DNA of 53,843 nucleotides from an uncultured Chloroflexota bacterium (GTDB lineage: Bacteria; Chloroflexota; UBA11872; VXNJ01): assembly GCA_964496475.1 (NCBI GenBank), contig CAZBZS010000010.1, positions 6,402 through 60,244 of the forward strand, written 5' to 3'. The translations under genes were made by a program, and so were the position numbers. Below are positions 40,531 to 49,747 of the stretch, in pieces. Under the pieces are notes generated by a model. That model worked only from the letters and a program-made list of their open reading frames with translations. It made no database searches and was not told where the DNA came from. Numbering within the stretch: position 1 is the stretch's first letter; each line of letters begins with the position of its first letter.

Positions 40531-41462
40531 TCCGCCAGCGGGTCCGATCCCGCCTCGCGAATTGTCGCCAACTCGTCGTCCGTCAGTTTCACGTCCGCGG
40601 CCGCGGCATTCGCCCGGGCCTGGTCCGGCGACTTCATCCCCGGAATAGTGCAGCTAACGGCCGGGTGCGCCAGCACGTATGCGAGAGCAATATCAACCAT
40701 CGACCGCTCCGGAGTGACCAGCGCCTTAACCTCCTCCGCCACCGCCAATTCCCGCAGAAAGAGCTCACGCCTTTCCCCCTCGTTCCACCCTCTTCGTACC
40801 GAGTCAGTGAACCTGGCGTCCCGATCATAGCTGCCGGTCAGCACCCCCTGTCCCAGCGCACCCCGGATTTGCGTCCCAATGTTGCGCTCCGCGCACGTCT
40901 TCAGCGCCCCCACCTCCGGGCCTCGCCGCACGATGCTGTAATCGATCTGCACCACCCCACAGTTCCCCATCCGGTCGAATTTCTCGATCACTCTAGGGTT
41001 CATGGTGGACACTCCGTAGCTGCGAATCTTCCCCTGCCCGAACAGCTGCTCGAAGGACTCCACGAACAGGTCTGCGTCCTCCGGATCAGCCTGGTGGCAC
41101 AGCAGGACATCGATGTAATCCGTCTGCAGCCGGTGCAGCGCTGAATGGCAGGCATTGATGATGTGCAGAGGATGTGTGTATCGCAAGTAGTGGTCCTGTC
41201 GTCGAAGGAAATTACCCACTTTCGTCGAGACAAAAACGTCTTGTCGTCGACCCTTCAGCGCCGTCCCTAACCGCTCCTCCGCCACCAACGGGCCGTAGCC
41301 GTCCGCCACATCGTAAAAGTTCACCCCGGCGTCGTGAGCGGCATGGACAGTGGCCGTCGCCAGCTCGTCGTCCATGTCCCCCCACTGCCCGCCCAATGCC
41401 CACGCTCCCCTGCTGATCGCCGAAACCTCAAACCCCGTCTTCTCCAGCGTTCGATGCTCCAC
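40527..41462 (-). CDS. Aldo/keto reductase (catalytic tetrad intact)
   Basis: FYDVADGYG, STK, SALHRLQTDYIDVLLCH, IPG. Confidence 0.88.
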   Translation of the reverse strand: MEHRTLEKTGFEVSAISRGAWALGGQWGDMDDELATATVHAAHDAGVNFYDVADGYGPLVAEERLGTALKGRRQDVFVSTKVGNFLRRQDHYLRYTHPLHIINACHSALHRLQTDYIDVLLCHQADPEDADLFVESFEQLFGQGKIRSYGVSTMNPRVIEKFDRMGNCGVVQIDYSIVRRGPEVGALKTCAERNIGTQIRGALGQGVLTGSYDRDARFTDSVRRGWNEGERRELFLRELAVAEEVKALVTPERSMVDIALAYVLAHPAVSCTIPGMKSPDQARANAAAADVKLTDDELATIREAGSDPLAD

Positions 41463-41510
41463 AAGTACCCCTGATCGATTGGCTCCGGGCATCGCCCGGC
41501 CTCCACTAAC

Positions 41511-42488
41511 TTATTTCGCAAACCCCGCTCGTTGCAGCCTAGTGATCGCGGCCAGTTCATCATTGCCCAGCGGCCGCATGTTCCCCACCGCCACGTCCTC
41601 CTCCACATGCTTGGGTCGGAACGCTCCAGTCAACGCAACCGACACTCCTCTATTTGCCAGCACGTACAGGAGCGCCGCCTGCATGATCGTCCGGTCTTCC
41701 CTGACAAGGAACGAGAGCTTCGCCGCCCTCCGGATCAATTCTTCCACGTCGGCCCGTTGCAGCCGGCTGCGCTCATCGTCGGCGCCAAACTCCTCCATGC
41801 TGTCGATCGTGCCCGTCAGCAGGCCGTCCGCCAGCACGCCCTGGGCCACGATCCCGATACCTTGCGATCGCGCCTCGGCGAACGTCTCCGCCTGATCCGC
41901 TTCGAAAATGTTGTAACGCACCCCGATCACGTTCAAACCGACGTCCAGTAACGGCGCCAGATCCGCGTCCGAGTCCGAGATATCCACGCCGACGAATCCG
42001 GCCTTGCCCGTCTGCGCCACATTCCGCAACGCCTCCAGGCAGCCGCCCTCGTCCAGCTCCGCCTGGGTCGGATTTTGAAGCATGAAGACATCCACGTCAT
42101 AGCTCTTCAACCGCTCAATGCTCGCGTCCAGGCCGGCCATCAGCGACTCGTACGAGAAATCGCGTATCAGGATTCCATCCTGGGTCTCCAGGCCGCCCAT
42201 CGCCCCGACCACCCAGTAGTCCCGATCCCGCGCTATCGCGCGTCCAATCACCTCCTGCCCGTGCCCGTCTCCATGGGCCGGACTCGTCAGAATGAAGTTC
42301 ATCCCCAGCTGTCGCGCCCGCGCGATCATCTGCACCGAGGCGTCGTCATCGGGCACGCCGAAGCCATGCGGTACCTTCTCTCCATCTTCACCCAACCAGA
42401 TTGTCCCACCGATCTCAAGCGTCCCCAGGCCGATTTCCGACACGCGCAGACCGGGCCGCCCGGGCGCGCCCAGTTCGCGATACCTCAT
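41511..42488 (-). CDS. Aldo/keto reductase-fold protein lacking the catalytic tetrad
   Basis: MRYRELG..VSEIGLGT, SIERL..DVF, but FILTSPAHG, GAMG and LQNP at the D/Y/K/H positions. Confidence 0.8.
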   Translation of the reverse strand: MRYRELGAPGRPGLRVSEIGLGTLEIGGTIWLGEDGEKVPHGFGVPDDDASVQMIARARQLGMNFILTSPAHGDGHGQEVIGRAIARDRDYWVVGAMGGLETQDGILIRDFSYESLMAGLDASIERLKSYDVDVFMLQNPTQAELDEGGCLEALRNVAQTGKAGFVGVDISDSDADLAPLLDVGLNVIGVRYNIFEADQAETFAEARSQGIGIVAQGVLADGLLTGTIDSMEEFGADDERSRLQRADVEELIRRAAKLSFLVREDRTIMQAALLYVLANRGVSVALTGAFRPKHVEEDVAVGNMRPLGNDELAAITRLQRAGFAK

Positions 42489-42561
42489 CGGGATCTCCTG
42501 AGAATGGGGCAGTTTCGTTTTTGGCCTTCTATTGTCAACGCCCGCCGCTCGCGGGGCAAAC

Positions 42562-43278
42562 CTATCCCGACCAGTACTCCGTGCCTGACCCGATCGTACG
42601 CACTCGCCTCACCCCCAGTACTCCCTGTCGCTCGCCGTACCGGCAGTTCGCCAGTAGCACGCACTCCTCGCACCGCGGTGTCTTGCGGCACGTCGCTTTA
42701 CCGTGTTGGATTATCAACGCGTGTAACTCCGCATACTGCCGCACATCCGGTTCCAGCACCTCCATCACAGCCTCTCGCAACACCTTTCGCGATAGGTCCG
42801 CCGGCGCTATCCCCATCCGATCCAACAACCGGACTGTATAAGTGTCGATCACGAACGAGGGCTGCTTGCTCGCGTATAGGATGATCGCGTCGGCCGTTTC
42901 CGCTCCGATTCCCCAGATTCCCAGCAATTCCCCGCGCAGCTGCTCCAACGGCAAACTCAGAAACCTGCCTAGGTCGCCCTCGTGACTGTCCAACACGTGT
43001 TCGCAAAAGGCCGCCAGCTTCGCCGCCTTCTGGTTGTAATAGCCTGAAGGTCTCGCCAGTTCCGCCAACTCGGCCTGGGAGAGCATCGCGATCCCAATCA
43101 CCGAATCGGCCCCCCTGGACTCGATGTTGTCCAGCGCCCGCCGCGCATTCACCCACGCCGTGTTTTGCACGAGGATGGCCCCAGCACACATCTCGAACGA
43201 ATGCCGCGCCGGCCACCATTCCTGCGGGCCATGCTCGGCTCGCAGCACCCGATGGAGCTCAGTCAGCCGCTGGCCCAA
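42562..43278 (-). CDS. HhH-GPD/endonuclease III-family DNA glycosylase with FeS loop
   Basis: GAILVQNT, GIGAETAD, VIDTY, CRKTPRCEEC..C. Confidence 0.88.
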   Translation of the reverse strand: MGQRLTELHRVLRAEHGPQEWWPARHSFEMCAGAILVQNTAWVNARRALDNIESRGADSVIGIAMLSQAELAELARPSGYYNQKAAKLAAFCEHVLDSHEGDLGRFLSLPLEQLRGELLGIWGIGAETADAIILYASKQPSFVIDTYTVRLLDRMGIAPADLSRKVLREAVMEVLEPDVRQYAELHALIIQHGKATCRKTPRCEECVLLANCRYGERQGVLGVRRVRTIGSGTEYWSG

Positions 43279-43333
43279 TACCTTCGGGTCGAGCCAGTAC
43301 GATTCGCTCCCAGTCGGGGACTTGTCCTCGTTT

Positions 43334-45106
43334 TCATTGGTCCGCGTCGCCGAAGCCGTACCCCTCCGCCCGATCCACAGCCACTTTTGTCGCCGCCGCG
43401 ATAAAAGCGTCCACGTCCATCGCCCCCAGATCCTGTTCCGACCGCAGTCGCACCGACACCTTGCCCGCCTCGACGTCCCGGTCGCCCACCACCAGCATGT
43501 ACGGAATCTTCTGCATCTGGCCGTTACGGATCTTGCGATTCATGCGCTCGCTGCGCGCATCCACTTCCACTCGCAACCCGGCCCCTCGCATTAGTTTCGC
43601 CGCTTCCTGGCAATATTGCTCGTGCCGATCCGCGATCGGGATCATCATCACCTGCACCGGCGCGAGCCACAAGGGAAACGCGCCGGCGTAGTGCTCGATC
43701 AAGATCGCCACAAACCGTTCGATCGAGCCTAGCAGGGCCCGGTGCACCATTACCGGTCGCTTGGGCTTGCCGTCCTCGTCCTCGTACTCGATGTCGAATC
43801 GCTCGGGCAGGTTGAAGTCAACCTGGACCGTCGTGAGTTGCCAGGTCCGCCCGATGGCGTCCCGCACTTTGATGTCGATCTTGGGCCCGTAGAACGCCGC
43901 CTCGCCCGGAACCCGCGTGTATTCCAGTCCTTCCGCCTCCAGCGCCTCGACCAGCCCGCTCTCGGCAAGTTCCCATAGGTCATCCTCGCCAACGTACTTT
44001 TCGTCGTCGCTCTCGTCACGCACGCTCAGCTCGATCTTAAGCTCGGTGAATCCGAACGTGCCCAGAATGAAGCGGGCGATGTCCAGCGCCGCCGCCACCT
44101 CCGCCGCAAATTGATCTGGCCGGCAGAAGATGTGGGCGTCGTCCTGAGTGAAGCCGCGCACCCGCAGCGCCCCGTGCAACACCCCGGAGCGCTCGAAGCG
44201 GTAGACGGTTCCGAGCTCCCCAAGCCGCAGGGGCAGGTCGCGGTAGCTGCGAGTCCGAGAGCCGAAGATTTTGACGTGGAACGGGCAGTTCATCGGCTTG
44301 TTGATGAACGACTGGTGCTCTAGTTCCATCTCCGGGAACAGTCCGTCGGCGTACCAGCGCGTGTGCCCGCTGGTTTCCCACAGTTCCTTGCGCCCGATGT
44401 GCGGGGTGAAGACGAGATCGTAGCCGCGCTCGCGATGCACAGCACGCCAGTAATCCTCGACAATCTCCCGCAACACTCCGCCCTTCGGATGCCACAGCAC
44501 CAGTCCCGCCCCCACATCCGGGTTGATCGAAAACAGGTCCAGCTCGCGAGCCAGAGTACGGTGATCTCGCCGCAGCGCCTCCTCGCGCCGATGCAGGAAC
44601 TCCTTCAGGTCTTTCTTGGACGGAAAGCTGGTTGCATAAATGCGCTGTAATTGCGGCCGATTCTCATCGCCCTTCCAGTAGGCCCCAGCAACGGACAGGA
44701 GCTTGTAGACCCCCACCCGTCGTGTATCCGCTACATGCGGCCCGGCGCAGAGATCGAAGAATGCGCCCGATCTGTAAAGCGAGATTGTCTCGCCCTTCCC
44801 GACCAGTTCCCGGATAGCCTCCACCTTGTAGGTCTGTCCAGCTTCTTCAAAAAGCCTCAGCGCCTCTTCCCCCGAGACCTCCTCGTAAACAAACGGATCG
44901 GCCGCCTTCACCACCGCTTTCATCCGCCGCTCGACCTCTTCCAGATCTTCCGGAGTCAGCGACCGCGGCAGGTCAAAGTCGTAGTAAAACCCGTCCTCGA
45001 TCGGCGGCCCGAAGCCTAGCTGCGCATCGGGAAACATCTCCTGCACCGCCGTCGCCATTACATGGGCGCACGAGTGGCGCATCCTCTCAAGTTCGTTCAT
45101 TGCCAT
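43334..45106 (-). CDS. thrS: Threonine--tRNA ligase (lacks N-terminal TGS domain)
   Basis: RHSCAH, DLCAGPH, KPMNCP, VRGFTQDDAHIF, FYGPKID, HRA. Confidence 0.97.
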   Translation of the reverse strand: MAMNELERMRHSCAHVMATAVQEMFPDAQLGFGPPIEDGFYYDFDLPRSLTPEDLEEVERRMKAVVKAADPFVYEEVSGEEALRLFEEAGQTYKVEAIRELVGKGETISLYRSGAFFDLCAGPHVADTRRVGVYKLLSVAGAYWKGDENRPQLQRIYATSFPSKKDLKEFLHRREEALRRDHRTLARELDLFSINPDVGAGLVLWHPKGGVLREIVEDYWRAVHRERGYDLVFTPHIGRKELWETSGHTRWYADGLFPEMELEHQSFINKPMNCPFHVKIFGSRTRSYRDLPLRLGELGTVYRFERSGVLHGALRVRGFTQDDAHIFCRPDQFAAEVAAALDIARFILGTFGFTELKIELSVRDESDDEKYVGEDDLWELAESGLVEALEAEGLEYTRVPGEAAFYGPKIDIKVRDAIGRTWQLTTVQVDFNLPERFDIEYEDEDGKPKRPVMVHRALLGSIERFVAILIEHYAGAFPLWLAPVQVMMIPIADRHEQYCQEAAKLMRGAGLRVEVDARSERMNRKIRNGQMQKIPYMLVVGDRDVEAGKVSVRLRSEQDLGAMDVDAFIAAATKVAVDRAEGYGFGDADQ

Positions 45107-45107
45107 C

Positions 45108-45265
45108 AGGTCATCTCCGGCGTGATTTCAAAACAGGTCGTCAGATCGGCGGTTGCCCGAAATTAGCTGGCGGTGAGCCCCTCCTCGACATCCCAGCTAG
45201 CGGGTCACCCGTCGGGAGGGGGCGGTAGTGACGGTGTTGCCGATATGTTCCTGCACGCCTGACCT
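45108..45265 (-). promoter_or_regulatory. Putative thrS attenuator leader: Thr-rich uORF (45197-45256) plus alternative helices
   Basis: uORF MQEHIGNTVTTAPSRRVTR*; AGGUCAGGCGUG pairs with CACGCC[GGAGA]UGACCU around the thrS RBS; CCCCUCC/GGAGGGG and UAGCUGG/CCAGCUA helices. Confidence 0.6.
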
Positions 45266-45458
45266 TCGATCTGTTCGCGAAAACGGGCGACCCAGCCGCC
45301 GCAGACATCGCAGCGTATCACAGCGATTCCGCCGTATTTATCCGGAAATCGAACCAGCTTGGGCCGCCGCGTCATCCTTGCTATCTTCCAGGTTCTACCT
45401 TGATGGCAGCACCCAGCACCCCGGCGCCGCCGTCTCTCCGAGTCTTCGGTTCTGACTG

Positions 45459-46361
45459 TTGATTTTTGTTCTCATTCACATCGCTGCCGGGAATGCGTTC
45501 GCCTTTGTAACCCGCTACGCCCGCGGCGCCATCACTACCTACTTCACGGTTGGGGCCATCAATTACGTCACCGCCATGGTCGTGGCCGTCGCCTGGGCCA
45601 TGCTGGACGGCGGGCTCACCTTCGAGTGGCCGGCCGTAGTTTTCGGCATTGTTCAGGGCCTCGTGTACCAGACCATGTACATCGTGCTCTTCAGCATGAT
45701 CGCCCTCGGGGGCCTCAGCGTCTCGTTCACGGTAAATCGCCTTGCCGTCGCCATACCCATAGCCGGCGCGATCTTTATTTGGGGCGAGGCTCCCTCCGCC
45801 TTCCGGGTGGCCGGCATTCTCTTGTCCTTCGTAGCCCTGCCCCTTATCGGCTCCGATGCTCAGCAGGTGGCCCATCACACCGGTGCGAGCAGCCGCCTTA
45901 TGCCGTTGCTCAGCTTGTACGCCGTCGTCTCAATGGGATTAAGCGGACTTGCCGCCAGGGCTTTTGTTGAAACACGGATCGAAGCAAGCGCAGTGGACCT
46001 CAGCGCCTTTCTATTCATGGCCGCCACCGCGTCCTCGGTCATCACCTGGCCGTTTGTTCGGCGTCTGGCTCGCAATGAGGCCACCCGCCGGGGCATCCGT
46101 CTCGGTCCTGCGAGCAGTCGCGTTCAGGCCCGCGCCCTCGCTATCGGCATCGCCCTCGGCCTGCTGAACTTTGTCCAGAGCATCACCCTCATCAACGCCC
46201 TTATCGCCCTCCCCGCCTCCTTCGTGTTTCCGTTTACCGCCAGCGCCGCCCTGCTTATCCTCACCGCGATCGATTACGTTGTTTGGAAACAGCGATTCGG
46301 ACGCCTCACCGTCATCGGCCTTGCCCTGTCCGCCATGACGGTTCTTCTAATCTATTTCTAA
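45459..46361 (+). CDS. EamA/DMT-family membrane transporter
   Basis: About 10 hydrophobic helices in two repeats; IFIWGE motif. Confidence 0.75.
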   Translation: MIFVLIHIAAGNAFAFVTRYARGAITTYFTVGAINYVTAMVVAVAWAMLDGGLTFEWPAVVFGIVQGLVYQTMYIVLFSMIALGGLSVSFTVNRLAVAIPIAGAIFIWGEAPSAFRVAGILLSFVALPLIGSDAQQVAHHTGASSRLMPLLSLYAVVSMGLSGLAARAFVETRIEASAVDLSAFLFMAATASSVITWPFVRRLARNEATRRGIRLGPASSRVQARALAIGIALGLLNFVQSITLINALIALPASFVFPFTASAALLILTAIDYVVWKQRFGRLTVIGLALSAMTVLLIYF

Positions 46362-46501
46362 AACCTGTAAGGAAAACGCCGATGTTTCTCCGCGCCACGT
46401 TTGCCGTTGCCCCCTCCGTCGCTTTGGCAGTAGTCTCTCCCGGTCCCACGCTAGGGTGGACTGCGGGGACCGCCGACCAATTACACCCACCAAGGATGTT
46501 C

Positions 46502-47041
46502 ATGTATCTAGCTGTTCGCTTTCTGAAGCAACGAACCCTTGTGGTTGCGGTATTCATACTCGCCGCCCTGATGTCGATCTCACTCGGCGGCTGTGGCCAG
46601 TCCCCGGACGAAACTCCGTTTGGATCGGATGAGAGCGCCGCCCGCAAAACCGCTGCGGTGGTGGAGGCTCCCACCGCAACGGTTTCCACCGAGGCCCCGG
46701 CGGCGGCCGAGACCGCCCCTCCGACCGAGCCGCCCAGCGCTCCGGCGACCAGCGGGGGCGGAGTTGACAGCGCTGCTGCCGAAACTTTATTTATCGGCAA
46801 GGGCTGTGGAGCGTGTCACATGCTGAGCACGGTGCCCGGCGCCGTCGGGACGATCGGCCCGGCTCTTGACGGCGTGGCATCCAGAGATTTGATCGCCAGC
46901 ACGCTCGAATTATCGCTAGATAACTTCAAAACCTGGCTGGCGAACCCGGCAGCGGTCAAGCCGGGGACCGCGATGCCGACCCTCGGTCTTGCCGCCGAAG
47001 AAATCGACGTTCTCTCCGCATGGTTGATGACGCTGGAGTAG
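46502..47041 (+). CDS. c-type cytochrome lipoprotein
   Basis: LGGC lipobox, Ala/Pro/Thr-rich linker, CGACH, IGPALDG, KPGTAMP. Confidence 0.85.
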   Translation: MYLAVRFLKQRTLVVAVFILAALMSISLGGCGQSPDETPFGSDESAARKTAAVVEAPTATVSTEAPAAAETAPPTEPPSAPATSGGGVDSAAAETLFIGKGCGACHMLSTVPGAVGTIGPALDGVASRDLIASTLELSLDNFKTWLANPAAVKPGTAMPTLGLAAEEIDVLSAWLMTLE

Positions 47042-47112
47042 GGTCCGGCCCGGTTGTCCGCTTTGTAAGTAAATCGACTGCGGACCCGGGTTGTAGATGC
47101 GAGACTCTCGAC

Positions 47113-47718
47113 ATGGGTGGCATTGAATCTCGAGGTCGTGGTGCTGGTTCCGCGCTGAGTCGGCGCGGCGCTCTGGGTCTTGGCGCCCTGGTCGCTGGAC
47201 TGGCCCTCGCCGGCTGCGGTCAGGCCGCGGGTTTCGCGCCCGAGTCCGGATCCGCCGCCAGCACTTCTGCCCCGCTGCCCGATATCGGTCTTGCGATCGG
47301 CGACCGCTTCCCCGATTTCAAGGTGGAGTCACTTGCGGGTGGAACTCTGTCTCTGGCCAGCTACGCCGGCCGGCCTCTGTTCGTAAATTTCTGGGCCACC
47401 TGGTGCGGCCCGTGCCGCATCGAGCTTCCGGAGATGGAGGCTATCTGGGCGAGTAGCGAGTTCGGCGATCTCGCGATTATCGCTATCAGTGTTGGCGAAC
47501 GCCGCGATACCGTTGAGACATTCGTTACCGAGGAGATTCCGCTTACATTCGATGTGGGCATCGATCCAAGCGGCAGATCCAACGATCAGTACAACATCAT
47601 CGGCATGCCCACCAGCTACTTTCTCGACACCCGCGGCGTCATCAAGGATGTCAACATCGGCGGGATGAATCGCGATCTGCTGGTGAGGCGTATCAGCACC
47701 ATCGCGGACCCTGTCTAA
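47113..47718 (+). CDS. TlpA/ResA-like thiol-disulfide reductase, Tat-lipoprotein
   Basis: SRRGAL twin-Arg + LAGC; NFWATWCGPC; GMPTSYF. Confidence 0.88.
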   Translation: MGGIESRGRGAGSALSRRGALGLGALVAGLALAGCGQAAGFAPESGSAASTSAPLPDIGLAIGDRFPDFKVESLAGGTLSLASYAGRPLFVNFWATWCGPCRIELPEMEAIWASSEFGDLAIIAISVGERRDTVETFVTEEIPLTFDVGIDPSGRSNDQYNIIGMPTSYFLDTRGVIKDVNIGGMNRDLLVRRISTIADPV

Positions 47719-47761
47719 AGTCCACAATCCGACCGCCGAACGTCCCCCCGATTCCGCTCTC

Positions 47762-49600
47762 CTATTCGACGGTGACGCTCTTCGCCAGATTTCGCGGCTG
47801 GTCGACGTCGCAACCCCGCCGGACCGCGATGTAGTACGCGAAGAGCTGCATCGGCACCGCCATGAGAATTGGCGTTAGCAACTCCGTGGTGGCTGGCAAG
47901 CCCACAAATCGATCCGCCAGCTCTTCCAGAACGGCATCGCCCTCGTGCCCAAACGCTATCACCCTCCCCTCGCGCGCTTTTGCCTCCTCGATGTTGCTGC
48001 TCATTTTCTCGTACACGCGCCCGGCCGGCGCGAGCGCCACAACCGGCATCTCGTCGGTTATGAGGGCGATCGGTCCGTGCTTCATCTCCCCGGCCGGATA
48101 GCCTTCCGCGTGAATGTACGAGACCTCCTTCATCTTCAGCGCTCCCTCCAGCGCGATTGGGTAGTTGATACCCCGACCCAGAAACAGAAAATCGGACACT
48201 CTCGCGTACTCCCGAGCCAGGTCCTGTATCCGTCCGTCCAACTTCAGGACTTGCTCGATCCGCTGCGGGATTCGGATCAGGTCCTGCATAAGCTCGGTCG
48301 CCCGTTGTGCCTGGATCGTCCCGCGAACTCTGCCTATCTGAATTGCCAGCATGTACAAGGCGGCGATGATGGCGGTGAACGTCTTGGTCGACGCCACGCC
48401 AATCTCAGGTCCGGCGTGGGTGAACAAAATGCCTTCGGCCTCTCGGCTGAGCGTGCTGCCGGGCACATTGCATATCGCCACCACCGGCGTGCCCTGGTTC
48501 TGCGCCACCCGCATCGCAGCCAGGGTGTCGAACGTTTCCCCGGATTGGCTCAAGGCGATTACCAGGCATTTTTCGTCGAGCACCGGCTGCCGGTAATGGA
48601 ACTCTGATCCGTAGTCCACCTCCGCCGGTATCCCAACCAGTTCCTCGACGTAATATTTTCCGACAAGCGCGGCATGCCACGAAGTCCCGCAGGCCAGCAA
48701 TAACACCCGCTCGATATCTTTCAGATTTGGTTCCACCGTTCCCAAATTGTCGAGATAGAGCTTGCCGGATTCCTCGGAATACCGGCCCCTAATCGTGTCC
48801 GCGAGCGCGCGCGGCTGCTCGAATATCTCCTTCTGCATGAAGTGGCTGTAGCCACCTTTTTCCGCAAGCACCGGACTCCAGGAAATTTTCTCGACGGTCT
48901 TCTCCAGCAGCTGGCTCTCCCCGTCGGTCACCACGACCACGCCCCCCCGGGTCAGCCGCACGATCTCGCCGTCCTCGATCACGATGATCCGGCGCGTGTA
49001 GGGCAGCAGGGCGGGCACGTCGGATGCGACGAACACTTCGTCGTCGCCAACTCCGACGACCAGCGGGCTCGCGACTCGCGCTGCCACGAGGGTGTCGGCA
49101 TCTCCGGCCCACATGACCGCGATCGCGTAAGCGCCCTGTAATTCTTTCAGCGAGCTTCGCACTGCTTCGTGCAAATCCTGCGTGTCCCGCAGGTGCCATG
49201 CGATCAATTGGGATATGACCTCGGTGTCCGTCTCTGACACGAATTCAAAACCGAGACCGGTGAGCCGCTGGCGCAACTCGCGGTAATTCTCGACTATGCC
49301 GTTATGCACGACCACGACCTCGCCGCTCGAATCTCGCTGCGGGTGGGCATTTACCTCGTTCGGCCGGCCGTGGGTGGCCCACCGGGTGTGGCCCAACCCG
49401 ATCGTGCCCTCGAACGTCTCTGTCCGCAGCGACTCTTCCAGTTCCCGCAGCTTGCCCGCGCGGCGGTGAACCCGAATCTCTCCACTCTCCAACGCTGCTA
49501 TCCCAGCCGAGTCATAGCCCCGGTATTCCAGCCTCTTCAGCCCGTCCAGCAGCACCGGCACAACCGCCCGTGGACCCACGTAGGCGATGATTCCACACAC
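47762..49600 (-). CDS. glmS: Glutamine--fructose-6-phosphate aminotransferase
   Basis: MCGI, LEYRGYDSAG, GHTRWATHG, SQSGET, PRNLAKSVTVE. Confidence 0.98.
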   Translation of the reverse strand: MCGIIAYVGPRAVVPVLLDGLKRLEYRGYDSAGIAALESGEIRVHRRAGKLRELEESLRTETFEGTIGLGHTRWATHGRPNEVNAHPQRDSSGEVVVVHNGIVENYRELRQRLTGLGFEFVSETDTEVISQLIAWHLRDTQDLHEAVRSSLKELQGAYAIAVMWAGDADTLVAARVASPLVVGVGDDEVFVASDVPALLPYTRRIIVIEDGEIVRLTRGGVVVVTDGESQLLEKTVEKISWSPVLAEKGGYSHFMQKEIFEQPRALADTIRGRYSEESGKLYLDNLGTVEPNLKDIERVLLLACGTSWHAALVGKYYVEELVGIPAEVDYGSEFHYRQPVLDEKCLVIALSQSGETFDTLAAMRVAQNQGTPVVAICNVPGSTLSREAEGILFTHAGPEIGVASTKTFTAIIAALYMLAIQIGRVRGTIQAQRATELMQDLIRIPQRIEQVLKLDGRIQDLAREYARVSDFLFLGRGINYPIALEGALKMKEVSYIHAEGYPAGEMKHGPIALITDEMPVVALAPAGRVYEKMSSNIEEAKAREGRVIAFGHEGDAVLEELADRFVGLPATTELLTPILMAVPMQLFAYYIAVRRGCDVDQPRNLAKSVTVE

Positions 49601-49747
49601 GTTGTTGGCAGGCCTTTCTGAGAGAGTCTTTGGTGATCCGGGGCGCGCGCAGCCCCAGCCGCTCAGATTCTACGCTCGATGCCGGTCCCGCGACGCCACT
49701 GTCGACCGGGCAAACGAACAGTCCGGTCTGGTGGTTACGCCGCGGGA

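Noticed and set aside
45107-45400. T-box riboswitch for thrS
   Set aside because: No AAnnnGGGUGGnACC T-box sequence, stem I motifs or terminator U-run were visible.
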